DNA of 64,000 nucleotides from Eledone cirrhosa (Eukaryota): positions 145,700,001-145,764,000 of the forward strand of contig OZ024740.1 in the NCBI GenBank assembly GCA_964016885.1, read 5' to 3'. Below the pieces are notes generated by a model that was given only the letters and a program-made list of their open reading frames with translations, was not told where the DNA came from and ran no database searches. This document shows, piece by piece, positions 47,859 to 60,754 of the stretch. Each line of letters begins with the position of its first letter. Position 1 is the stretch's first letter. The position numbers and the translations under genes were made by a program.

Positions 47859-50835
47859 AAATTCGTGATGTGTGCTTGACTTAGATTGGCTTCATAGACG
47901 AGGACCCGGCTACTGGAAGCTAAACGCGTCCTTACCAGCGCGCAAGGCCTACAGAGACCGGATTAGCAAACTAGTTAAGCGGGCATTGACGGGGGCCATC
48001 GTCAACAACAAGTGGTGGTTTGCTCTGAAAAGAGCGATTAGAATAGAGTCCATTAGGTTTAGTAAGGCTTTAGCAATAGAGAAAAATAGAGCAGAGGGAG
48101 AACTAGTTAGAAAATTAGACGAGGCGCTTAGCAAAGGCATCGCGACCGACGTACTTGCGGCGAAATTGGCCCTTGACCAATTCTTCAATGCAAAGTATGA
48201 ATGCTGCGTTGTCAGAGCTAGGGTGCGTGCTCTCAGACACGAGGGGACGAAAGCCGTTCAATGGCCCCAAGTGGCGGAGGCGCGTCGTGGCAACAAAGCC
48301 ACAATCTGGTCTTTGGTGGACCACGACAGGCGCATGCTACTCGATCCTGGGCAAATGTGTGAAGCTTTTCAGCGACACTTCGCACAGCTGTTCGGGGGCA
48401 GCGGCGGGCTGGATCGAGGGATGGACTTTAGTGTCTACCTCGACGGACAGCCGCGGCTCTCGGCCACTGAGACGGAGTATTGCGAAAAGCCGATAACAGC
48501 TGCTGAAGTACGGGAGGCAATGACTGGCTGCACAAGGGGAAAATCGCCTGGTTTGGATGGTCTGCCCTATGAACTTTACGTACAGATGCCAGACTTGTTC
48601 GGAGGCCTCTTGGCAGATGTCTACTGCAACTGGCAACAGAACGGGTGAATTCCCAGCTCTGTGAGCCGAGGAGCTGTGGCGCTGCTGAGAAAGGATCCGA
48701 ACAAGGGGGATAACATAGATAATTTAGGCCCATAACTCTGCTAAACACAGAGTTCAAGATTTTGGCCAAGGTGCTAGCAAAGAGGTTGGCGCTTGTCGTT
48801 GGTGGTCTGGTGGGAGAGGCGCAGACATGTGCCATGCCCGACAGATCTATCCACGACAACCTCCACCTCATGCGATACATCGTAGAGAGGGTAGCTAGGG
48901 AACCTGGCACGGGTGGGTCCTTGATCAATTTAGATCAGTCGAAAGCTTTCGATAGGGTCGACCATCGTTACCTAGCGACAGTCCTGAGGGCGGCTGGCTT
49001 TGGGCCCGTCTTCAGAAGATGGATCACTGCCATGCACAGCGACATCTGTTCTGTGGTGAGAGTGAATGGTCACCTTTCGGAACCATTCAACATCATGCGC
49101 TCGGCCCGCCAAGGATGTCCCCACTCGTCCTTCTTGTACGTATTGACTCTCGAGCCATTACTGCACAAACTGGAGACGTTGAGGGGGGTCCCGCGCGAAC
49201 TAGGGTGGGGAAGATCCGTGTCAGCATATGCGGACGATGTCACCGTAGTGGTGTCGAACGCCAAGCACATCAAGGCGATCGGCACTACATTAAGAGAATA
49301 CGAAGCGGTGACAGGAGCAATGATCAACCAGGAAAAGTCAGTGGGCCTGCAGCTCGGCACCTGGAGAGGCAGGTCCATGCCGTCCAACAGCGTCGTCGGG
49401 CGCTGGACGGATGGACCGGTTAAATTGCTAGGGGTCTGGTTCGGTCCAGACCTCCAGACGGACAAAAACTGGGACGAGGTGACGAGCAGGGTGGCTTCTC
49501 TCACCCAGAATGGGCGGAGAGGAAGATATCCCTGAAAGGTCGAGTGGAGGTGGCTAACGCGTACATCATGTCCGTCATCTACTACCGCCTGACCGTCCTA
49601 AGCCCCGCCTGACTGCGCTGGAGCGTTTGCTCTTTCGCTTTTTGTGGAAGGGACGCGCTCCGATGGTCAGGCGGTCCATCTGCTGTCAACACCCGCTACA
49701 TGGAGGGCTGGGCATGCCGTGGCTGATGATGCGCAGACACGTGCTCAGGCTACGACATCTCCACCTTTTCCTCGATGGTGCTCAGGTGTGGTCGCCGTTT
49801 GCTAGACGCGTCTTTCCCCAACTCGTCTCCTTGACGGAGCTGCAGTCCTGGGTCAAGCAAAGACTGAGAGGGAGCCCCTGGAGACTGGAATGTCTTCAGG
49901 CGCTCACAGCCCTCCACCAATCGGGCAATGTGATCGGTCGAAACTCCACCTTGGCGTTTTATAGTGGATTAGTGGAGGGGAAGAGCGACGATGTACTTGG
50001 GGAAATTCTAGGCGTCGAAGAAAATCAAATAGCCAATCTCTTCAGAAGAACTTTCGGGCCGGGGCCTATGGACAACTTCCAGAAATCCCTGGCCTGGCAG
50101 TGCTACCAAGGAGCTTTGCCAGTTCGGGATAAACTCTACAGGCATGGAGGTGCCGTCAGCCAGGCATGTCCGAGATGCACGCAGGGCGACGAAACCGTCT
50201 TGCACGCACTCGTCCAGTGTCCGAGCATTGCTGACTTGTGGGTTGATGTCAAACACCTGCTGTCGCGTGTAGGACAGATCCAGCTATCAGCTGAGTCCAT
50301 CGTGAGGATTGCCCCGCCCTCTTCCTTTAGCCTGGAAGGGCAGGCAGTTTTTATCTGTCTGGTGGCCATGGTGAAAGAGATAGTATGGTGGACACGTTTG
50401 AAAGGGCTGAAGACGAGCACTTACCTCCTCGGTGATGCCCTGATTAACTTTTTCAAATTTCATTTGAAAAGGAAAATCAGGGTAGAGAGGGAAGTGCTCT
50501 CTTCCCAGCATTTTGTTGAAAGATGGGTGAGAGAGGCAAGAATGGCCTGAGTGAATGGGCCTACTCTGAGTATGTGTCTGTAAATTAAAGGTGGAAAACT
50601 GGGAGAGGGCACTTGCCCTGGTGGTCAGGGTCACTGTGGCTTTTTAATGGGCTTTCTCCACGAATGTCCCTCGGAAGTCTCCCCCCTATTGGGGAATTTT
50701 TTCATTGTTCTATTATTACATCCTCTGTTTTGGGGGGTTTTTTACATGCAGAAATGCCCTTTTGTACCGTCCAGTATTGTCCTGTACTGTCCTTAATGTC
50801 TACTTTATGTAAACCCTTGTGGTTAATAAAGAAAG

Positions 50836-50873
<38 letters not shown>
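47858..50873 (+). mobile_element. Tx1-clade (L1 group) LINE, 5'-truncated ORF2 with frameshifts
   Basis: GPGYWKLNASL, KSPGLDGLP, RPITLLN, DQSKAFDRVDH, RQGCP, AYADD and C-terminal CPRC..ETVLHALVQC. 3' UTR with AATAAA. (ATT)n on both sides. GC-rich. Confidence 0.93.
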
Positions 50874-50874
<1 letters not shown>

Positions 50875-51009
50875 TTTTTCAGGTTTCACCTGAAAAGGAA
50901 AAATAGGGTGGAAAGGGAAGTGCTTGTTTCCAGCCAGTCTGTTGAAAGGTGGGTGAGAAAGACAAGAATGGCCTGTGTGAATGGGCTTGCCCTGAGAGTG
51001 TGCCTGTAG
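50874..51009 (+). mobile_element. Tx1 C-terminal fragment (second copy)
   Basis: Homologous to 50449-50583 (FF.FHLKRK...ERWV..CL*). Starts immediately after (ATT)n. Confidence 0.85.
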
Positions 51010-51011
51010 TT

Positions 51012-51973
51012 TCGTAGGAGCTGGAATGTCTTCAAGCACTCACAGCCTTCTACCAGCTGGGCACTAGTATCGGTGGAACATCCACCTCAGCGTTCTATAG
51101 AGGACTAGTGGAGGGGAAGAGCGACAACGTTCTTGGGGAGACCCTGTGTGTCAAAGACAAGGGAACTTTCAACCTGGGGCCTATGGACAACTTCCAGAAA
51201 TCCCTGGCCTGGCAGTGCTACCAGGGACATTGCCAGTTTGAGATAAGCTCTACACGCACAGAAGTGCCATCAGCCGAACCTGTCCAAGATGCATGCAAGG
51301 CAACGAAACCTACATGCACGCACTCGTTCAGTGCCCAAGCATTGCTGACTCATGGAGCTATGTTGAACAGTTGCTGTCATGTGTAGGATGGATCCAGTTA
51401 TCGACTGAGTCCATTGTGCAGATAGCCCCGCCATCCTCCTTTAAGGAGGAGGAAGGGCGGGTAGTTTTTGTCTGCCTGGTGGCCATGGCAAAAGAGACAA
51501 GGTTGAAAGGATTGAAGACGGACACTTTCCTCTTCGGTGAATCCCTGATTAATTTTTCCAAATTTCACTTGAAGAGGAAAATCAGGGTGGAGAGGCAAGT
51601 GCTGTCTTCTAGTAAGTTTGTTGAACGATGGGTGAAAGTGGCGAGTCTGGTCCGAGTGAACGGGCCCGCTCTGAGCATGTGCCTGTAGACTGAGGAGTGG
51701 GGGAACTGAGAGAGGGCGCTTGCCCTGGTGGTCAGGGTGGCTGTGGTCTTTTGTGTGGTTTTCACCACGAGTGACCCTCGGAGGTTTCCCCCCTTTTGGG
51801 GAATTTTTGTTGTTCGAATTTTTTTGATTTGTTTTTACACATTTCCATCTTGTTATAACCTTTTTACATGGCCAAAATCCATTTTGCATCGTCCTGTACC
51901 GTTCTGTGCCGTCTGTAATGTTTTTCTTCGTGTTAGCCCTTGTGGCCAAATAAGAAACCATTATTATTATTAT
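51012..51973 (+). mobile_element. Tx1 3' fragment (third copy, diverged)
   Basis: GPMDNFQKSLAWQCY, HALVQCPS and FHLKRKIRVER motifs. 3' UTR ends cccttgtggccaaataagaaacca(tta)n. Confidence 0.9.
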
Positions 51974-52200
51974 GGATTGGCAGTATCGGTAGTGGATTGG
52001 CAGTATCGGTAGAGGGTCAGACGCCATGCTTTCCAGCATAGTTACGTCCCTTTACGGTCTGAGTTCAAATCCCGCCGAGGTTTACTTTGCCTTTCATCCT
52101 TACGGGGTCGATAAAATAAAATACCAGCACTGGGTAATTGCTGTCCTTGTGCCTAAAGTAGAAACAATTATTATTATTATTATTATTTTATTATTATTAT
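51974..52200 (+). mobile_element. (ATT)n-tailed tRNA SINE with GCCTTTCATCCT..GGGGTCGATAAA core
   Basis: Head tggcagtatcggtagag (duplicated 20-mer), B box GAGTTCAAATCC, core, and tail ccttgtgcctaaagtagaaaca(att)n. Confidence 0.85.
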
Positions 52201-52425
52201 CCACTTGTTGCACAGCTGTCCACAACCATTGGACTGAGGTGGCACCATCAATTGTCAAGCACTTTTCTGAGTATCCTGGCGGTTCCAAGGAGTGTTGTTT
52301 TCTACAGGGGGCCTCGTTCTGATGTTGGCCCTAATTTCTTTTAAATACAGTGCCAAGTGCCCCAATTACAACTGGGATCACCTCAACCTTTTTCATTGCT
52401 CACAAATGTTTTATCTCTGAACCTT
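52200..52425 (-). mobile_element. Dong/R4-like non-LTR element, 3' fragment
   Basis: The reverse complement encodes KKVEVIPVVIG...KTTLLGTARILRKVLDN*, a typical R4/Dong C-terminus. It ends in the (TAA)n tract. Confidence 0.75.
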
Positions 52426-52676
52426 CTTGAATTCTTTGTCACAAACCTTATTGTCAGTGAGACACACCAAACCCAGAGAGCAGAGAGCCAAAATGAATAC
52501 CACAAAACATTCTATCCATTGTTCTAATGACTCTGTAAATTCATCACCTATAAAACCATTGTATTAACAATAAGATAGAGAGAAGAAATTGCATTTATTA
52601 GCCAGTGGTTGATGTCTGTTGGTGATTGACTATTTCCCAATCAATTAAATAGTCTTTCTTTTTGGATTCGATCTAG

Positions 52677-52680
<4 letters not shown>

Positions 52681-52753
<73 letters not shown>
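52681..52753. repeat. (TG)n-(TAG)n compound microsatellite
   Basis: Directly visible. Confidence 0.95.
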
Positions 52754-52754
<1 letters not shown>

Positions 52755-52759
52755 CTGCA

Positions 52760-53770
52760 CTATTCCATAATGATACTCCAGTGTAGGTTTTATTTGAGCT
52801 TTTTAGAGGTTTAACTACTGATTATGGATGAAGTATTTCCTGGCTCTAAAGGGGAATCTTTTTTAGTGAGGTTACCATTGAAAATCATCAGAAATTATGA
52901 GGCAAAGTATTAGTTGTGTGTTTTTCATGACTAGAGAGTGTGAAATACGAGCCTGTTTTTTTATATGTGTATTGATTGTGACTTTGTGCAATTGAAAGAA
53001 ACAAAGTTACTATGTCCCCATCAACAGATGCTTTAAAAGTATCTGATCTTGAATTTGGTGTATGTGTAGCATAAAGTATTTAAATTGCTGTGGCACTGGG
53101 GGCTTTGCCAGAAGTGAGCTCAGGATATATATTGATAGGTTCTGGCCAGAGGTTAGTCAGGTAGGGCACTCATGGATATACACTGTCGGGACAAGATCAA
53201 CCAGGGAAATGACCAACAAGGTAGGTGAGATACACTTTTCCTCCCCAACAACATAAATCTGTGCCACAAAGACAGTCATTTAAATGGTTACATGTGAACT
53301 CCAGATCAATTTCTCCACTTAATTGAAAACCACACTGTACACTCTGAGCCAATGTTTTGACTTGCTAGAATTAGCAGCCAAATCACTTTCAAACTACTTT
53401 CTACTATATTAAAAATGGAAAATAACCCCCTTTATTTAAATTACCTACCTATAAATTATGTAGCTTATATAGCAATAATAAAGGAAGTTCATTTAGATTA
53501 AGTGGGCAACCAAAAACATTCACCAGTATCTAAAATTCCTCTTCTAAAACACCCGAAAGATATGACCCTATAAATTGCAGTGAAGGCCTCTTGTCAAGTA
53601 GTTAATCTGTATTTAATAAGATATAAGGTTAAGTGAGATCTTGTGCTTGCAATACAGCTTCTCTGGTATCAAAGCTGCAATAAATACTCCCAGATTGCTT
53701 TGGTTGTGGTTGCTTATAAGAATGGCATCCAATTGGAAATCCCCAGCCATGTACAGTATGACAATTATAA
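52760..53770 (-). mobile_element. Decayed LINE endonuclease-like relic
   Basis: Minus-strand LYMAGDF and ECPT*LTSGQNLSIYILS resemble APE motifs. Weak. Confidence 0.3.
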
Positions 53771-53795
53771 AGGTAATCGACACACTCTCTGATCC

Positions 53796-53799
<4 letters not shown>

Positions 53800-53859
<60 letters not shown>

Positions 53860-53932
53860 CCTCTCTCTCTCTCTCCCTCTCTCTCACACACACACACACA
53901 GTTACACATACACACACACTCACACATACATA
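53800..53932. repeat. (CT)n-(CA)n compound microsatellite
   Basis: Directly visible. It explains the spurious RE/SL-repeat ORFs. Confidence 0.95.
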
Positions 53933-54392
53933 CATGATGGCTATGGAGTTAGTATTGGCAGGCAAACAGGTAGACAGACAGATAGCTATGCATGTACTTC
54001 ACAGCACACATCTCATTCTCCTAAAGATTAGATATTTTCACAGACAGTGTTCAATAAGAAATTAAAAATAATTATTAATTGGCAAAATTGCCTATGTGAA
54101 GGAAAATAGAATGGACAGGAAGAATCTAGAATATATCATACAAAGCAGATATGTATATATTATCTTAATTTGTTAAATAATATTAAATTCTGATGTACTG
54201 GAAATGGAATGAGGCTGAGCTTTAGTAACACATTTATATATATATACTATATGTCTGGATCATCATGGGTTAGCATAAAGAGGATAAAAGGAAAAAAGCC
54301 AAGAGAACAAATGTAATATGTATGTGAACTTAAATGTTTGGCTTATGAAGGATGCTTAAAATATCTCCAGAGGGCCCAATCAAATAAATTGT

Positions 54393-54393
<1 letters not shown>

Positions 54394-54423
<30 letters not shown>

Positions 54424-55726
54424 GTTTAACGTCCATCTTCCACGCTTGGGTTTGGACAGGAATTTTCCCACTTGAGGCAAGATTGGTTGTCCTGCTCATA
54501 TAGGACTGTCTGGCGGGTTTTCTACGGCTGGATGCCCTTCTAGCACCAACCACGTTTACAGTGTGGACTGGGAGGTTTTTACCATGTTACCTACATGGCC
54601 ACATTACAGCGTGGACTGTGTGTTTTTTTGTCGTGACACCTACACGACCTCATTTGTTTCGGACTGGATGTTGTGGTACCAACATAACTTTACATTGAAA
54701 GGGGTGATGTGGATAGGGTGGGGGTAGTGGGACGGGGGTAGTGGGACGGGGGTGTATTTTGTTAGAGATGCCTACTGACTGTAGGTTTGGCTTTGTACTT
54801 AGGCAAGGCGGGTCTTCTGTATTACTGTGTAGCGCCAAAGATCTTGGTCCAGTGACATTGTCTTGGAGAGGTGTAAGTGTGTGATGTCGGAATTTATCAA
54901 GTCGTCCCAGGTTTTTCTGGGTCTGCCTACTCCGTGGCTACCGTCTATTTTTATTGCCCTGCACTTTTTTATACAGCTGTCGTCTTTCATGCGCATCACG
55001 TGACCATACCAACGTAGTCTTCTCTCGAGTAAACAACATCTGATCCCTCTTATTCCTAATTTCTCCCTTAGTTCGTTTATGCTTTGCCGTTCACGTATAT
55101 TACTATTACACATCCAGCAGAGCATGCAAGCTTTGTTCCTCTCCAGTCTGCGTATATCCTCTGCACACAATGCCCAGGTCTCACTGCCATGTAACATTGC
55201 TGTTCGTATGCAGGCATCATACAGCCTGCCTTTCATTTTTAGAGAGAACCCTTTAGCGGCCAATAGTTGTATAAGCTCTCTGAACTTTTTCCATCCCGTT
55301 CTGACTCTAGCTACTGTACTTTCAGAGCACCCTCCACCACTGCTGATTTTGTCACCCAGGTAACGGAAAGTGTCCACTATTTCTATAGAACCATCTGTGC
55401 AATGGAATGAGCTAGTATCCTGTGGGCACTGCTGCTACTTATTGCACCAGAGCACCAGCCACATATAAAATCTATATTCTTAGTTAGCTTACCTGTGATC
55501 CCACTACATCTTTTATGCACCCATACTTTGCATTTGGGACATAAGATGGAGTTTCTACCTACTCCTTTCCTACACACTGAGCATGGCCATTTCCCAGATG
55601 GGACCGGTGCCCTATTTTCCTTCCTACAAACTAGGACTTTAGTCTTAGACAAGTTAATTTAAGGCCTTTTGATTCTAGGCCATGCTTCCATGTTTGGAAT
55701 TTCTTCTCTAGTTCAGCCATTGATTC
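54394..55726 (-). mobile_element. RTE-A, 5'-truncated (PHD, C-terminus, 3' UTR)
   Basis: ORFs 55383..55652 and 54799..55377. (CAT)n tail at 54394-54424. Confidence 0.95.
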
Positions 55727-55852
55727 ATTAAAAAAATTCTACCAAACCCAAGAGTAATTATTCTAGATAAAAGATATTCATATGCTTCTCAGTACACATC
55801 TCAATTCATCTAAAATCGATATCACCACAAACACTTTATTTTTTTTAATCAC

Positions 55853-55920
55853 CAGTCTGATAAGCATATCGATACTGGAGTCAAGTCCATAACTTCCATA
55901 GGTGACCTTGAGCCAATCAT
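55853..55920 (-). CDS. Possible host exon, unidentified
   Basis: Acceptor tgtgttttgcAG and donor ctg|GTgatt. Open frame (D)DWLKVTYGSYGLDSSIDMLIRL. No protein family recognised. Confidence 0.3.
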
Positions 55921-55999
55921 CTGCAAAACACACATAAGTTGATACTATACACAATAAATACATAAAAACATGTTAACGATTCTTCATCGTTTTTTTCTT

Positions 56000-56545
56000 T
56001 TGCCATGTTTTTCAGCATAGAGTTATGGCCCCTTACGTTCTGAGTTCAAATCCCACCAAGGTTAATTTGCCTCTCATCCTTACGGGGTCGATAAAATAAA
56101 GCAGTAATGCACTGGGGCTTATTGCTGGCCTTGTGCCAAAAGTAGAAACAATTATTATTATTATCATTATTGGCAGAATCGGTAGAGCGTCAGACAACAT
56201 GCTTTGCAGCATAGAGTTATGGCCCTTTGTGTTCTGAGTTCGAATCTTGCCGAGGTTAACTTTGCCTTTCATCTTTACAGGTTCGATAAAATAAAGTACC
56301 AGTAACACACTGGAATTGATTTAATCGACTTGCTCCTCCCCAAAAATGTTGGCCTTGTGCCTAAATCATAAACTATTATTATTATTCTAACAACATAGTT
56401 ACGCCCCTTTACGGTCTGAGTTCAAATCCTGCCGAGGTTAACTTTGCTTTCATCCTTACGGGGTCGATAAAATAAAGTACCAGTAATGTACTGGGTAATT
56501 GCTGGCCTTGTGCCAAAAGTAGAAACAATTATTATTATTATTATT
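56000..56545 (+). mobile_element. Three head-to-tail (ATT)n-tailed SINE copies
   Basis: Units ~56000-56165, 56168-56386 and 56390-56545, each with B box, core and ccttgtgcc...aaac(att)n. Confidence 0.88.
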
Positions 56546-57163
56546 TTATATATATAGATATATACTTAATACATTAACAGAGAAACTTTTAGTGATACTC
56601 CGACCAACTCCCATCTCACTCAACAAACATTAGGATATACCTGAGTATAATCCCAATTATACGTTTGGGGTGCTAACTATATTTATTTCGTGGATAGTTA
56701 GCTGTATTATTTTATATGAGACATACGATTGTTTCGTTATAAGATTTCTACAAGGTGGGAAAATAATGTCCAAGTTATGTAGAAGCTTGCATATAATCCA
56801 TAGATATCCATGCAAGAGGGCTCTTATAACTCATCAGTGGATGCCCTGGTAATATCAATATAAAAAAACTACATTGATATTAATATTCAGCGATGGTCTC
56901 CGTCAGTGCTAGAAGGACCGCTAAGTTTGAAAGTCCAGCAGTCCTTCAAAAAGAAATTTCAGAGTCCCCAAATGGGAAGGGGAGGTCATCGTAAAACATA
57001 AAATAATATACGCGTAGGTCATTGAACCCTGTTAGGAATTCTAACCACGTGTGAAGAACTCAACTGGATATTAAAAAAATAAATCTATGTACGTATTATT
57101 TATATATACATAGAGGTATTTTCTCAGGCAAAATAACAGACATGAGATACAGGAAGAAACAAT

Positions 57164-57205
<42 letters not shown>

Positions 57206-57208
<3 letters not shown>

Positions 57209-60200
57209 CATCATCATTATCATCATCATTTTACGTCCGCTTTTCCCTGCTTGCAAGGGTGGGACGGAACCTATTCAGCACAGCATCTCTCCACTTGTCA
57301 CGGTCCTTCGTCATCTCCACCGTGAGCTTCAGCGATCTGAGGTCTGCTCTCACCACCTCCGGCCATGTTTTTTGTGGTCTTCCTCTACTACGTCTTCCTT
57401 CAACTGGCATTTCTTGGCACTTCTTCACCCATCGGTCATCTTCCATGTGCATCACATGTCCATACCATCGCAGTCTCCTCTCCCGCAAACTACAATTTAT
57501 CCCTCTCAGACACAGTTTCTCTCTCAACACATCCATGCTCCGTCGTTCACGCACATTGAGATTGTACATCCAATGGTGCATGTTTGCCTCATTTCTCTCC
57601 AGCCAGCGCATATCCTCTGCAGTTGCTGCCCATGTCTCACTACCATGCAGCATCGCGCACCTCACACAGGCATCATATAACCGGCCTTTTGTACGCAGGG
57701 AGAAACCCTTCTTCGTCAGCAGAGGATCAGCTCCCGAACCCATCCTTATTCTAGATACAATGGCCTCAGAACACTCCCCTCCCATGCTAATCTGATCTCC
57801 TAGATACCGGAAGCTATCCACCACTTCTATAGCACCCGCCTGCATTTGAAAAATGTGTCTATCAATGCGACTTCTACTGTCAAATTTCCCTGTACATCTA
57901 CTGCATACATATTTCTCCCTACCTGTTAGTTTGCCTGCTATCCCACTACATCTCTTGTGTACCCAAGATCTGCATTGTGTGCATTTTATAGAATTTATGC
58001 CAATTCCTTTTCTACATATCGAACATGGCCATTCCCTTGATGGAATCAGAGTATTGTCCTCTCTTCTACTCATCAACACTTTTGTCTTAGCTAGGTTTAC
58101 TCTCAGTCCTCTTAATTCCAACTGCTGTTTCCATAGCCAGAATTTATTCTCTAGCTCCTCTACTGATTCTGCTATAAGAACCAGATCGTCAGCATAGAGA
58201 AGTTCCCATGGACAGCCAGTCTTAAACTCCTTTGTTATGGGTTGGAGGACTATAATGAACAAGAGCAGGCCGAGGACCAAATCCTGATGTACTCCTACTT
58301 GTATCTGGAATTCCTCACTAAACTCCATTCCTACCCTCACTTTACTGACAAAACTTGCACTGTACAAAACTTGCACTGTCCTAACAAGCCATTCCTCAAC
58401 ACCTAGTTTCCTTAGGGATTTAGCGAATAGGATAAAGGGATTTGGGTTTATGTCCAAGTGAGTCTGGAATACCAAATGTTATCCCACACACTAAATTATA
58501 TAATATGAAAGAAGGCAGGAATACAAGAATAGATAAGGAAGGTAGGAAGCAAGATGATGCGATGCAGACAGGAAATGTAATATACATGAATATAGTTCAC
58601 TCATCTGGTTAGCTGGTTATTGGTGGTAATTCAAACATGATAATAATAATAACGATAAGTTTTTCTCAGCAGATTATAAAAGTAATTTTACTCTTTATTT
58701 GTGTGCTTGTGTGTGTTTCAATGATTAAAGAACATCCCTGTGACTTGTTATTGTTAATCCTTATGAGAAGGATTGAAATGCATCTGAGCTGAGCGTTATG
58801 GTAGAGGTCTTCAGCAGATGTGTGCAGCTCGGAGAAGCTGGACCGAAGGAAAGAGATCGAGTGACGACAGAACACTCCCTTATATTCTGGCCACTGGGAA
58901 GTAACTCTAATTAGTTTTGTTTCCCTAGTACAGATGTCGCTACTCACTGCAGGGACCACCAGATGACAGATCTGGGCAACCTATCAACGGCCTTCTCTAG
59001 GTCAACAAAAGCTAAGTATAGTGGCTTATTCTTCTCTAAGAACCTCTCTTGTAGTTGTCTCACTAAGAGGGCATCTGTTGTACTTTTCCCAGGCACAAAA
59101 CCAAACTGCATCTCATCTAGTTTGACCCTTTCTCTAATTAGTTGCGCTAATATCCTTTCTGCCACTTTCATAACCTGATCCATAAGTTTTATGCCCCTAT
59201 AATTGTTCCTCTCCAGAGCATTCCCATTACCTTTGTAGCAATTTATGAGAATACTGATGCACCAGTCTTTGGGTATGACACCACCATATATAGCCTGATT
59301 GATGATGCGTGCAACCAGTTTAGTGCCTACGTCCCCTGATGCCTTCAGCTTCTCAGCAACTATTCCTAATGGTCCAGCGGCCTTACCATTTTTCATTTCC
59401 TTAATCACCTCTTGGACCCTATATTCATTAATCTCAATAGCTGGTCTCTCTGTCAGATCTACTGGGGGTAATTTTTCTCTCTCCCATTCGTTCTGCACAT
59501 TCATCAGTCTCTCATAATGACATTTCCAGGCCTCCTTTTTCTGATCATTTGTGACACTAAGTACACCGGCATCATCCCAGACACATTTATCTCCAACAAC
59601 ATCCTGATTTGCACTGACACTACCTTGCAATGCGGAACACCGCACGTCTCTGATCTTCCCATCGCAGAACATTGGCAAACCTCCTACTCTCAGCCTCCCT
59701 GCGTGCTAAGTACACCTGACATCTAGCTTCTCTCTTAGCAGCTGTATATCCTTCTCTATTCCCATCATTTTTCCAAGCATTCCATGCTAGTCTTTTGTCT
59801 CTAATGGCCTTATCTACAGTGCTGTTCCACCACCAGGTCACTTTCTGTCTGGTTGGAGCTTTGCTCCAGCCACAAGTTTCTTCAGTAGCCTGCAGTAAGT
59901 TGTCACGTAAAAAATTCCAGTTATCATCTATGTCAGATGACTCTAAATCGTCTTCTTTTTCGTCATACACATCTTGAAGAGCTTTCCTGAATTTGTATTT
60001 TAGTGAAAGGTCTTTTAGCTTCCAGACCTTTCTTCTCCACACCTTCCTGTATGTCTCATTCCGTCTTTTGCTTACTGTGATATCACTAACAAGTAACCTA
60101 TGTTGTGGGGTACATTCTTCCCCAGGGTATGCCTTGGTATTTGACACCATCTGTCTGTCTCGCTGCCTAACTAGCAAGAAGTCAATCTGGCTTATGTGCT

Positions 60201-60754
60201 CACCTGATTTGTAGGTTATTAGGTGGTTGGCAGGTTTCTGGAAGTTAGTGTTGCAAATGGTCAGTGCACTTGCATCACAAAATTCAAGAAGCCTCACTCC
60301 TTCTTCATTTCTTCAGCTGTAACCATGTACCCCACTGTAACCATACTGGAGCTGTCCAACATGACCATTGAAGTCCCCTGCTAGCATAAGAATGTCTCCA
60401 TCCTCTGCCATTGCGGCTGTTTGTAAAAGTTGCTCGTAAAAGCAGTCTTTCTCTTCGTTACCTAGGCCTGCCTGGGGGGCATAGGCAGAGATGATTGTCA
60501 GTAGTCTCTTGCCTACAACTAATCTAAGCTTATTTATTCTATTACTAACTCGAACTACCTCTATTGTCTTATCGATCCATCTCTCAACCAGTAAAATGCC
60601 TACTCCACCTAACCCATCATAATTACCCACCCAGAAAAGCTTATAACTAAGATGTTTGCCTGCGATTAGTCTTGCAGAAGCACCTCTCCATCTCACCTCA
60701 TGCATGCAGCACACATCCACATGCCTTCTCTCCAGCATCTCCACTATTTCACCA
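57206..60754 (-). mobile_element. RTE-B, near full-length ORF (EN+RT+PHD), disrupted, containing a solo LTR
   Basis: EN start EMLERRHVDVCCMHEVRW, SAYAPQ, AGDFNGHVG and IDF; RT; ends PTLASREKRT*(GAT)n. (TA)n at both ends. Confidence 0.95.
58419..58951 (-). mobile_element. Solo LTR (Gypsy-like), 533 bp
   Basis: 4-bp TSD GGGA (58415-18, 58952-55) inside RTE-B. Termini TGCAGTGA.../...TCGCTAAA approximate TGTAGCGA/TCGCTACA. TATAA and AATAAA occur in order on the minus strand. Confidence 0.8.

Noticed and set aside
53613-53965. RE/SL/HT-repeat ORFs (also 19606..20025 and 61134..61510)
   Set aside because: These are translations of microsatellites.
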